A stretch of DNA of 63,274 nucleotides, the filler included, from Kipferlia bialata (Eukaryota): NCBI GenBank assembly GCA_003568945.1. It is 3 parts of 3 records of this genome, joined end to end, with 100 filler letters (N's around TTAATTAATTAA, not from the genome) between each part and the next. Parts side by side here need not be neighbours in the genome. Positions count along the whole stretch, not along the records: positions 1 to 19,885 come from BDIP01000272.1; 2 more parts are not named here. One strand, given 5' to 3'. Under the pieces are notes generated by a model. That model was given only the letters and a program-made list of their open reading frames with translations, was not told where the DNA came from and did not search any database. Positions 1 to 12,400 of this stretch are shown here, in pieces; positions within the stretch are counted from its first letter, which is position 1; every line of letters begins with the position of its first letter. The translations under genes and the position numbers were made by a program.

Positions 1-14
1 GAAGAAAAAGGAGA

Positions 15-50
<36 letters not shown>

Positions 51-169
51 AATACTGCCGATTCATAACCGCAATCCCATATGCCTCCCATACCCAGAAA
101 CAGGGCGCATTGGGAAGGGGAAAACACGCATATATATACCCATAATTGACTAACTACAAATATCCTCAC

Positions 170-1102
170 CTTCCACTGCCACACACCAAGGGAGTGCTTG
201 TACAGATGGACCTGGGGTGAGGGGGGGGGGGGAGAGCGAGATATATATGTATGTATATATATAGGTGCTTGTACAGATGGACCTGGGTGAAAGAGGGGGG
301 GGGGCGAGATAGCGAGCGAGAGAAAGCATGTGATATTGGGAATAATGGGTAGGGCAAGAGAGTGGTGTATGATGGATGGGATCGTATAGTCTAAACACAT
401 TCTGTGTACCTCACTATTGACTGTACCAACTGCCATCCAATTGCTACTGAGGGCTACGGATAGTCCAAATCCGTCATTCTCAACAGGTATAGCGGCCCCT
501 GGGGTGGGATAAACATACGATATGTATACTACAGTATACTCCAATTATACCATTCTCAACAGGTATTGCGGCCCCTGTGGTTGGAGTATAGAATAAGTGT
601 ATAGATAGAAAGCTGTGCGTATATATAGGGAAAGATGTGCACAAATATGTGTGGAGACACTGGAGAAAGAGAGGACACAGTATGAATTATAGTACCTTTA
701 GTCTCAGAGAACACCCACTCAGACCCGTCGTGAGTGAAGCAGTACACCAGACCGGCATTGGGTTTCCCAGTGTTGCTCTAGGGGTGAGAGAGAGAGAGCC
801 TAGGATGTGGGGGAGAGACACAAGCGTCTATATATAGAGACGAGGACATGTGCCGGAAATAGATACATCGGATATCTACCAGTACCACCAGCCTACCCGG
901 CTCTCACCTTGCGTGGGGCAGACACCACCGCCAGAGACCCCTCTGCGGCCGTTGCCCACCCGTAGTCATCCCCAGATACAATGCCAGAGGGCTCAAGCAC
1001 ACTTAACCTGGCCAGGTTGACCCCAGAGGCAGACACACCCACACCCAGGCATAGACACAGCGCCAGGCAGAGGGTGATAAGATGCACCCTGCGCATACAC
1101 AT
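170..1102 (-). CDS. Secreted FG-GAP repeat (integrin-alpha beta-propeller-like) protein; spliced, 3' part runs off the scaffold
   Basis: Signal peptide (M)CMRRVHLITLCLALCLCLGVGVSA. Exons encode DDYGWATAAEGSLAVVSAPRK, SNTGKPNAGLVYCFTHDGSEWVFSETK, ENDGFGLSVALSSNWMAVG and VHLYKHSLGVWQWK, which are FG-GAP-type motifs. GT-AG introns. Confidence 0.7.
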
Positions 1103-1403
1103 CGCCACGAGTCGTGGCACTGTGTTCCTAGTGCGCTATTGAATTGAGCAGGGCGCCTTAGAGAGAGGACTACAACCACACTGATGTGTCTATATGATAA
1201 GTGGGATGAGCGGGATTCGAACCCAAGACTTTGGAGAAAGCATTGAAGGTCAAATAGTAGTAACTGATATTACTAGATATCTTGAAGATTTTGTGATGCT
1301 CTCACTGGCACTCTGTTATGTACTCAGTGGGGCATGATGTCAGTACCAGTATCACTCATTGTATCTATTGAGATATTTGTAAGAGTGTCCTACAGTAGGA
1401 CTC

Positions 1404-3213
1404 CTACTGACACTCTGTCATGCACTCAGTGGGGCATGATGTCAGACAGTGGTCATAGCAGTGGCAGGGCGTGGTGAAGGGGGAGCAGTCGGGGCAGAGG
1501 GCCTGAGAGTGAGACTCAAATATGTCTATTGATCATCATATGTGGTGGTACTACCACCGTGGTAGTATGAGTATTATGAATATACCTTGCACGCGTCATC
1601 GCAGTCCTCGAGACACTCCTCACAGTCATTGGAGGGAGGGGGTGTAGTGACATCCTCGCAGTAGAAGAGGCAGAACTCGGGGCAGTCACCCTTGCGGTTA
1701 GATGGGTATATATCAATAATAGTCATTGACAATACACTTATATGTACATACCTTGCACAGGGTCTCGCAGGCACACTCCCCAGGTCCGTCACACTCTCCC
1801 ATGCACTCCCACTCACAGTGGGCGTCACAGAAGGCGGGGCAGGCCTCTATGCACTGGTCCTTGTATTAGGGTAATCATATCGCTATCCAAGTATATATTC
1901 TAACAATACATTCACTACAAGAGTATAATATACTGTTATGTACATATACCTCGGGGTCGACGGGGTCAGGTGGGAAGACGAGGTTTCCGTCCTCATCGAC
2001 CAGACAGTACCGGCAGTCACCCTCCTCTACACACTCCACACACTCCTCGGGGGGTGGTATCACTCCATTGCACTGGGGGAGGTCGTTGCCACAGATGTAC
2101 TGGAAGTCACCTGGATATCAGAGGTATTTACATATTACGCGATGGAGTGATACCTGTGAGTGGGGTGCACACTAGGTCAGGGTTGCACTGGGTTAGGAGA
2201 CGGTCGAAGTAGTCGAGCTCGTCGAACTCTGTTGGGACTGAGCCATCCAGCATGTTGTACTGTGTGCGCCACTCCTTCAGGAAGGTGTTCTCATTGACGC
2301 AGGAGGGGATGGGACCTGATTTAGAAGCGTAGTCAGGTCACATGCAAAGATTGTATATAGTATGGCACAGTAGTTACATATGGCAACATGCTGTTACCTG
2401 TCAGGTCGTTGTGTGTCAGCCAGATGAACTGGACGTACTCGAGGTTGCACAGGGCGTCTGGGATAGTACCCACCATACCAGCGTTGTTGAGGTTGAGGGA
2501 CTGGGGTGAGAGGTGGCTGTAGACAGAGTCTACAACATTGAAACGTCAGTTGTGTGTGGACGATCACTGTTGACCGAAAGAAATCTTCAGTGACGTCATC
2601 GCCTCTGAGAGAGATAGTGAAAAGTCGTACCACTCACGAGGTATATAGACATAACTGCAATACCTTGAGGTTTGTCAGGTTCTGCAGGGAGCTTGGGATA
2701 GTGCTGGACATGGTGTTGTTAGCCATGACTATGTACTGAGGGTGAGGAAAGTACTATTGGAGAAAGAGTAGCAGAACAACACAATGTGGGGTGTGGTCCC
2801 ATAAGGGATAACGGAGAGGGGGAAGGAATAGGGAGCTTGTATGACACCTGCATGAAGGGGAAGCAGCCGATGCTGTCGGGTATCTGACCCTGCAGGCCGA
2901 AGTTGGACACATTCAGGTTCCTGACGTGCATACCGCTGTTGTCGCAGGTGACACCAGTCCACTGACAGTAGGGGTCGGCGGAGAGCCTAGGGTTAGTCCA
3001 AGGGTTACTACAAGGCAAGTGATTCACGAATCATGAATTTCATGATAGATAGAGACATATGGATGCTACAGCATGTACCACATACCAGTTGTTGGCCTGG
3101 GTCCACTCGGGTCCGTTAGTGGCATCGTAGAGGTCCACAAGAGCATCGCGCTCCGTGGTACACTGTGCGAAGACCAGCGACACGAGGAGTAGAACAACTA
3201 GAACAGGACGCAT
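1404..3213 (-). CDS. Cyst wall protein-like secreted LRR protein with a Cys-rich C-terminal extension (about 9 exons)
   Basis: Spliced product MRPVLVVLLLVSLVFAQCTTERDALVDLYDATNGPEWTQANNWLSADPYCQWTGVTCD...GLQGQIPDSIGCF...GPIPSCVNENTFLKE...QCNPDLVC...YICG...ECVEC...DCRYCL follows the Giardia CWP1/2 layout (signal peptide, N-terminal cap, about 5 LRRs, Cys-rich region). Ends ...CPTECMTECQ* with TAG at 1404-1406. Confidence 0.8.
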
Positions 3214-3463
3214 GCTGAGTTCAGAAGAAGAGAAGCCTGAGGCCGAGCTCTATGAAGATGGGGGTCTACAGTCATGAGGCCATCAAACATGACGATTTCA
3301 ATTCAACAGTCTCTACGGAGCAACTCTCATGTCTCAGTATTTACTGTACATGTCTATATCCAATGTATGTCTCACACATACACAATGATTCAGCTAGTAC
3401 AAACTAGCCGAATCGCACACAAAATGGGGAAAGTATAGGGAACAACTTAAATTGACGCCTAAA

Positions 3464-6400
3464 TCAGAATAGGCCGAAATCGGAGAGTGTTGCAATGACC
3501 TCCGGTGCAAATGCAAAGGAGGTGAGCTTCATTGTCAGCAGCACCTGTGCAATGAGCTTGATGGGGTCGTTGAGCAGGGCGTCCTGGGCGATACCGAGTA
3601 GATTGGCATACATCCAGTTCTTGCCGACAGTCGACGCGAACTGAAGGGCGTAGAGCAGAATCAGACCCATCATGGTGAGCAGGTACGCGAAGGAGATACC
3701 GTACCACACGTAGGCCCAGCCAGCAGCAAACTCCTTGCTCAGTACCCTAAGGACAATCCTGTGGAAGAAGCCCTTGCCGTCGTAGTTGGGCCTCTTGGTG
3801 AGCGCCTTCTGGTGCTTGTCACCGAGGGGAAGCGTGTGAGCAAAGAGGTATCTGAGTATGGTGGAGGGAGGGGTCGCGATGAAGGCGGTGGCTATGCCAA
3901 TGATGATGACCTGCTTGTACCCGTACTCATCGCATGTCACGTCGTCTACAGTGAGACCCTCCTGGTCGGCACTGGCATACCCCTCCTGGCAGTCTGCTCT
4001 GAAGAACAGGGCGGAGGCGAGGAAGAGACCAAAGAGGAAGATCATCAAACAGGTCAGACGGCGAGGCCCAGTCAGGTTCTTAGTCTTCTTGCAGAAGACT
4101 AGACCCAGCCACTCGTGCTCAGTCAGAGTCGTCATGAAGAGATCATAGGCGAAGCGCTTCCGGAAGGACTCCTCCTTGTTGTTGTCAAAGGACTTGATCC
4201 TCTTGGATATCTCCTTGCTTGTCTTGATCTCAGTTAGGTCCAGGTGGTGGATGCTAGGAGGGGAAGAGAAGTCGGAGAGAGAGCCTCCGGTTGAGTGGCC
4301 AGTAGAGTGGCCACCACTGGAGTGACCAGATGGCTCTGCGCTCTCAGATAGTAGCTGCATCTTGGATGGGATATGTCCAATGGCATTGGCGCTGAAGGTG
4401 TCTCTGTCGAGAGAGTGCTCACCCTCAGAGGCAGACTCCGTAACCTCGTGCTGCCCTGGGTCCTCTAGACGCAGTGTAGAGTGTAGAGTGACAGGGGGAA
4501 GGGCGGGAGTGCCGACGGCACGGGCCTCCTCCTCCTCTCCAGTCTCAGGGTGCTTGATCTTACCCTGGATACGGGCAATCATCTTGGCAGCCACGACCAC
4601 AGACTCCGATCTAGGCAGCACACTCTCAGCATCGGGGGGTGAGGCCGCAGGGTCACTAGGGGTCAGGCCAGATAGAGAGCCGGACCTGGAGTCCGGGTCC
4701 ATACCCACAGACATGTTAGGAGCCAGGGTGGCAGTGGGAGCTGGTGTGTCTGCACAGGCCCAGTCGTCATCTGTGGTGGGCCCAAACATGCCCTCCTGGA
4801 CAGGGTCAAACGGAGACTCGTACTTGTTCTTGTTCCTGTTGAAGACGCTGTCGGATATCGCCTTGAGCCTCTTGTCGGAGACGCTCGCGTAGTTGAGTGC
4901 AATCATCAATCCAATGTAGACAGAAGCACAGGCACCCAGGAGCATGACTGGTGTCATGTTATCATCGATAGAAGCCAGTAGCTCTGGGATATCCTCGGTA
5001 TCGATGGTGTTGACAGTGATGCCAAACTGGGTGAAGAAGGACGTGAAGGACCTGGAGGTGAGAGGTGGGTAGAGGGAGAGAGAGGAACAAGATGATACAA
5101 GATGATACAAGATGAGGGAGATGGGTCGGTGACTACTATACGTACGTGAAGTGAGTGGTGTATGCCGTGAGATAGGCCGTTGTGTTGTCCCATCCGTATG
5201 TGGTGATTCCATCCTCAGTCCAGTCTGTTCCGTTCCATGACTTGACAAGCAGCGTGGCATTGAGGGATATCAGAGAGTCCAGGTCTGGGATGGAGTCTAG
5301 GGGGATAGTGATGCCAACTGGGTCCTCGAGGTCAGACACATCAAGGGACCCGTCATCGTCAGACATTGTGATGGAGGCCATGCTGCTGTAGAAGGTAGTC
5401 GAGTTACCACCCATGGGAGGGGTGTTCATGGAGACCAGGGACATGTAGGTGTCGCCTCCTGTGGTAGAGCCAATGGCGTCACTGAAGCCAGAGGGCAGGG
5501 AGAAGGAGGCGGCCCCGTCTAGCATGTCAATCTCACTGGCAGTGCCGCTTGTCAGAGCCTGGGCACCGTAGCTAACATCAGAGCCGGTACCAGTCACAGC
5601 GCGCTGTCCACCAACGAGGGAGCTGGCCACGCTAGTTGCCATTGTCTCCAGGGAGTTCAGCACACGCACACCGACCCTCTCAGCAGTCTCGAGGTCGTCG
5701 TAGTCGATGTTGCCGTCCTTGGCCATGGCTGCGACCTCCTCGCTTGAGGCAAAGTCGTCCTTGACCCTGGCAAAGAGAGAGTCGGCAGTGGAGAGAGACG
5801 ACTCGAGGAAGGAGGAGTCAGTGTTGGACGCGGTACTCATGGTATCGAGTAGCTCTCCAAGGGAGTCTGCCTCGTCAAGACTGAGGTTATCCAGCGTGCT
5901 TGCAACTCCATCAAGAGCCTGCAGAGCAGCAATCTGGACAGAACTGCTGGAGAGCAGATCCTCTGTGGGCAGCTCTGTGATTGTGGACGCGATGGTGGAT
6001 GCAGTGTAGGCCATAGCATCCTCGTCTGCATCGAGGTAGGCAGAGGCGGCCATCAGGGTACAGATGGAGACATCTGGTGTGAGAGAAGTACACCAACCCA
6101 AAAGAGTATGACTATATACTTGGTATGACCTGTGTCACCAGTCTCGTTGGATGTCACAATGTTGTCTGCGAGGGTAGCCACATAGGTCAGAGCCTCAGTC
6201 CCTGGACGCAGCTCCACAGAGATTGGGGATGCACTCTCTGTGAATGTGTATGCACCTGCGGCGTCATAGACCCACACCCCAAGGTATACATCACCCAGGT
6301 GGGGGAGAAGCACACATGCGGTACGGGCAGCACTGCGTGCCTGAATGGTGGTGGTAGTGGTGGTCCCATCGAGGCGGGCAGTGAACGCGTATGTCAGAGG

Positions 6401-9400
6401 AGACTGGCCAGATATGGCGACCCAGCCCGTGGTGGACACTGTCACCTTCTCGTCGTGGTACAGATCCCCAGTGGTGCTGTCAGAGACAGAGGTGTCCACG
6501 CTGAATGTACCAGAGATGGGGCCAGCGTGGGTTGTGAAGGAGTGGGTGCTGGAAGATGTTCCATTCTCATCGGAGACGGTGAGGGAGAAGGTGTAGTCGG
6601 TCAGAGGAAGGAGACTGTCGGCAGCCAGAACGAGGTTCACGGAGCTGACGGTCTCAGAGAGAAGAACATCCTCATCTGTGAGGTCGACAGAGGGCCCATC
6701 AGTCTGTGCCCAGAGGTAGGATACATCGTCCCCAGTGGAGGAGGCGGCGTACCCTATGAGGGTTACTGGTGAGGTGACAACGACAAGGGACGGGCTCCTA
6801 GTGACAGAGACCAGGGGCAGGTCGGTGGTGACTACAGTTATCTCGGTGGTGGTGTCAGAGGTGTATTCCTCACCATCGATAGTACGTGTAGCTCTGAGAG
6901 ACACATCGTACTCGTCGACATCAGCCCCAGAGATATCCAGCACAACCTCCGTGCTGTCGTCAGATATGGAAGATACCACCCAGCTGGTAGGGAATGTCCA
7001 CTCGAGGCTGTCGTAGTACTCAGAGCACGACGTCATGGAGAGGGATAGGAGAGAGTTGACCACGACAGAGGCAGTGGAGATGCATGCCTCAGGGTCCGCA
7101 TAGGGTGTCTCAATGGTGACTGAAGTGGCACCAGAGATGGCCTCTGTGTCTGTGCTGGGGTAGCTGCCTGTCACTGTGATGGTGTGCTCAGAGTTCTCGC
7201 TGAAGGAGAGCGCAGGCAGCACAATGTAGGGACGGCTGTAAGCGGCAAAGGTATCTGCCAGATCATCACAGTCAGGGCCATCCTCGCAAGTCCAAACAAA
7301 CTCAATGGTACCCGACTGGGTATCAACAGGATGCTCGGCACGCACACGAAGAGAAAGAGCGTCACCGTACTCCAAGGTCTGCTCGACACCTCCCTCTAGA
7401 GAGAGGGTAGGTGCCACACTGCCACTGACAGAGATGGTTCTGGATGTGGAGGAAGAGTACCCCAGGACAGATGTGACTGTCAGTGTCACCGTGTAGCTGT
7501 TGCCGGCAGACATGACATTCCCTGCATTGAAGGAGAGGTAGGCAGAGGTCAGGTCGATGGCCTCAGTGAAGGGAGACAGGTTGGGGTTGCCCATGTTGGA
7601 GATGGACCACAGGTAGTCGAGATCCCTGGAGAAGGAGCCAGTGGAGTCTGACTCCCGACCGGACAGGGTGATTGATGCCTCCTTGTACATGGTAGATGGA
7701 CCGGTGATGATGGCCACTGGAGTAGGTGGGTTGTCAGGGAGACTGACGTCGAAGGAGACACTGTCACCCAGCACACAGGTGTAGGAGTCACTGCCTGTTC
7801 CATCTGCAGTCTGAGACTGGACAGAGAGACCTGACTTCATCACAACAGAGTCATCAGTGGGGAGGAAGGTGAGAGAGGAGCCAAAGAAGACAGTGACAGT
7901 GCTACCAGTTCCATACTCGTAGGAGACCTTCTTGACCACACACATGGCACCGGTACCAAAGCTGGTGGTGGTGTCGTCGTCGAATATGTCTGAGCAGTCG
8001 TACTGACCAGCCGCATCGAAGGAGACGTTGGCAAGGGAACCAGAAATGTGGGTGAGATCGTCAGACAGAACGAGGGAACCCTCATTGCAGGCCAGCTTCA
8101 TGTAGACAGTTGTCTCGTCTGAAAGGCCGTTGTCGCTGTCTGTGACAGAGACATCGATGGATACCAGTACAGACTCAATGAGGGTGTCAGATGGGGTGTC
8201 GACGGGTGCATAGACTCTCACTCCAAAGGCAGAGAGGGCAGTGGTGATATCCTCTGCAGATCCTGAGAAGGTGTACTCTGTGGAGGCTAACATGACGGAG
8301 GAGGTTGCAGTGCAGCCATCGGCAGCGACACACACGCCCTGGATAGAGAGGGCAGATACTGGAGATCCATCAGAGTCCGAGACCTCGCTCGGGACAGAAA
8401 CAGTCACTGTGAGGTCACCACTCTCGACAGTAGTCACGCTAGGCATGGCGTAGAGAGTGGCCTCCAGAGGCACGTACTGGATCTCACTGGAGGAGAGCAC
8501 GGGTGCCTCAGGAACAGAGGTAATAGTGATGGGGATTGCAGTCTCTGTCTCGAGGTCCCTATCAGCACAGGAGACTGTGACGGTCAGGGTCTCGCTTCCA
8601 AAGAAGTCGGCATCTGGGACGTAACATGTCTCATTCACAAGAGCGTTCAGTGCAATGGGCCCATCTGCAGAGAGTGAGACCATAGAGACTGAGTCTCCGA
8701 CGCAGGAGCTGTCCTCGATAAAGTATCCATGGAGGCATGAGATGGAGAGCGAGAGGGTGTCGTCCTGGGCCTCGGCAAAGAGGGGCAGGAACTCGACATC
8801 GATGAAGGATAGAGCAATGCCCTGGTCCTCAGGGGTGGATATGTCATCGATGGTGAGGTTGACTAAGGGGTAGTCGGCCACATTGACGGAGACCCTGTGG
8901 CAGAAGACCACGGTACCGAAAGAGTCAACCTGACCCGCATAGTCACCTGTGACATACTGTGTGTAGGCAGTCATGTCTGAACCGAGTAGGTCACTGTGAC
9001 CAGCTGTCAGCGCGTCGGCGTCTGCCAGGCAGTATGTCACCTCACCCGGGTACTCAGTGTCCACAGTTCCATCTGCGTCACATGTCACAGTGAGGGAGAG
9101 AGACTCAGAGTCGGTGGCAGAGACCGCATCCAGAGTGGCGGCAGTCCCATCACTATCTCCAGTAGCTGTCACATCACCGTACCCGACAGAGAGAGCACAT
9201 GTGGCGGTGGAAGGGAGATCGGGGACGGAAAGAGTGGCAGTGACATAGAGGGAGGTCACAGAGTCGAGAGAGACGTCGAGCTCTAGGTTGCTAGTGAAAC
9301 CAGTGGCGGAGTTGGGGGCCAGGGCCACAGGCTGATGGGGTGCGGGAGTACTACTGGCTGTGACAGTGGACCATCTCTCAGTCTTGAGTGTGACAAAGGA

Positions 9401-12400
9401 GTACTGAACAGAGTCAGCGTCACCAATGGAAACTGTAACGGTATCAGAGGAAGGGTAGGAGGTGGTCTCCGCGCCAATGTACACGACGTACTCAGCAGCA
9501 TCAATGACATCAGTGAGAGGACCAGTGATAGTCAGAGAGTAGTCGTCTGGGGCAGAGGTCTCGACGTTGTTCTTAATTGTTTCGGGGAGAGACACGGTTG
9601 TCACAGAACCTGTCACGCTGCTGACAGTGACAGACACTGCCATGTCACTGTCTGTATCGGCCTCCTGGGTGAGGTATCCAGTGCGGAAGGGGCGGAGGGG
9701 TGTGAAGGGAGCCGTATCCATAACAGAGGGCACCCCTGACAGCTGGAGAGGAAAGCCATGGGAGACGGCACAGGAGGAGCCAGAATAGCCAGCGTCACAG
9801 AGACAGATCGAGTACGTCTCACTGGAGCTCTCAATGCCGACAACGCTACCGTTCACACAGGATGCGTAGGATAGGGCAGCGTCATACACAGTAACGTAGT
9901 GAGTGGAGGTGCGTGTGGAGACAGAGTCGGCCACCTCAATCGACAGGGTCAGAGGGGAGTACTTGTAAACCTCTGTGGGGTGTGCAGATACCGTCATGGC
10001 AACTGGGAAGGCATCATGTCCAGAGTCAAAGGTCTTGACGGTGGCGGTGAAGGTGGCGCCCGAAGAGAGGGAGAGAGTGAGGTCCAGAGAGCTGTCGCTG
10101 ATAACGTTGTCATAGACATCAGTGACCTGAACCATAAACTCAACCTCCTCGTCCAGGACCAGGTAGGAGTGGGCATCGAGTAGACAGGCGGTATCAACAG
10201 TGCCAGGAGCGATAGTCACAACCTCAGAGACTGCTGTGGAAGCACGGTCAAGGTCAAGTGAACAGGTAAGGTCACCGGCAGTGGTGAACGCTGGGATGGT
10301 GACTGCCCAATTCTCAGAGGCGTCAACGAATGAAACCTCCGCAGTGACCTGCTCGTGTGTAACTGAGTGGGAGCAGAGTACATCAATCTCCACAAAGTCG
10401 TCATAGATGTAGGCATCCCCCCCAACGGCAGAGAGAGAGAGAGTGCCGGAAACTGCCTCCCCTGCGGCAGCTGTCTCCAGAGCCAGTACGGCTGAAGCGG
10501 GATCGAGGGTGGGCACAGTGAATGTGACCTGGAGGGCCATCTTGGCCTTGCTCAGATTCTTCCCAGAAACCTTGGAGAGAACCAACTCGAACCTGTCGTA
10601 CGTGTCGGTCAGAACAGCGGAATCGACGGTGGAGACATAAGCGACAGCTGCTGCGACGCCAGGCATGTCGACCAGCTCGGCCTGTACTGTGAGGCACCCA
10701 GACTCAGAGTCGTCTGATGATGTCAGGCCTGGGGTGGAGGCATCGATGGAGAGGGTACCAGCCTGGGCACACACGGAAAGAGAGAGGGACGTGGAGGCAG
10801 AGAGGGTATCGTCATCGGTGATGCCGGACTTGACTCCAATGGGAGAGACACTGACTGGGTAGAAAGTATCAGTTCTGTCCATGGTGAGACCGTTCCTAAC
10901 CGCGCCAAAGCCGACAACGCTAGAGGAGATCTCATCGTTACAGCTGGGTCCACCATAGGCAATGTCGCATACACAGTCGGCACCAAACTGACCCTCACCG
11001 GGGGCGCACATACCAGTGTCTGCACTACATCCCTCGCAGTCGGAGGAAGACTCTAGCACACGCACAAAGAGAGAGGGCAGGGGGGTACCGTCCAGAGTGA
11101 CAACCACCTCCTTGGTGACCCCTGCTGTGGCACCAACGCCAAATGAGGCATAGGAGAGACCAGAGACTGGCTGGTCAACAAGAGCGACAGACTCTGGGGA
11201 GGAAACAGCAAGAGCAGTAGTCACAGTGGGACTAGCGACAACGTTGTCATAGGCGTCCCTCAGCTGCACGTAGACACCGACAGAGTCAGAGGGGTAGGCG
11301 GCATATGCATCCAGCCACACGAGGGTGTTGGCAGGAGATACAGCAGCCTCAGTGACAGTCACTGGGGAGGTGTGGGAGAAGTTGAACTCGCCAACCAGCT
11401 CAGTAACTGAGACAGTGACAGTGGCAGTGGTTGCGGTGGTCAGAAGGAGAGAGGACGAGTACACTCCGGCGTCATATGAGACTGTCCCAGAGACACCATC
11501 AACACTGACGTGGACAAGCAGGGCAGAGGGGTACGTGTAGAGCCCACCGTCCTCATCGTACATCGAGAGCTGGATGCTGACGCTCTCACCAGCAGTAACT
11601 GTGGGTGGCACAATGAGACTGACACTCTGGTAGTCGAGGGTGGGAGCAGAGTAGAGCACAGTCATCTCCATGGAGCAGGTAGACCCCTGGCCAAGGTCGA
11701 TGACGAGAGTGTCGGTGCCAGTCTCGTACTGATCGGCAAGGAGGGCAGGGGAGTACATGATGTTGTAACCCGCTGTGTATACATCCTCCACGGCCCCAGA
11801 GACGGTGACGTCAGTGGATCCAGTGGATCTCACAGTGACACCCTCATACAGCCCCCCTAGAGACACGCTACCAGTCGTGCAGGACATGGTGAGGTCAATC
11901 ACGGTGTCATCAGACAGTGTACCGTCCAGCTGGGCGTAGTACAGAGGGAACAGCGGCTCCTGCATGGTCATCAGGTGGGCCAGTACAGGGTGGGAGAATG
12001 ACTCTGCGGCGGTGTCGGCGAGACACCCCTCGAGAGACACAGTCTCGGCCTCGGTGGCGTCTGCCAGTACCACTGACCTGGACTGGTAGAAGGCAGTGCC
12101 ATCAGTGCACTCAGTCTCGCTAGACCCGCTGACTGGCTGCAGCACAGTGAGCTTCCTCAGGTAGGAGACCATGGTACCGTCCACAGTTACATAGACGTCC
12201 ATGTTAGTGAGGGAACCTCTTGACTCGATACCGTCGAGATCGGCTCCCTCGACCACACCGGAATACACTCCCTCGGTAGCGGCCATGTCAGTGCATATCA
12301 GACCGACACAGAACTGCACACTGGCAACAGAGCTAGTGGTTGTGTCTCCAGCCTCGTCCCTCAACTGGGCTGTGGCTGTGACAGTTCCATCTGCGAAGAT

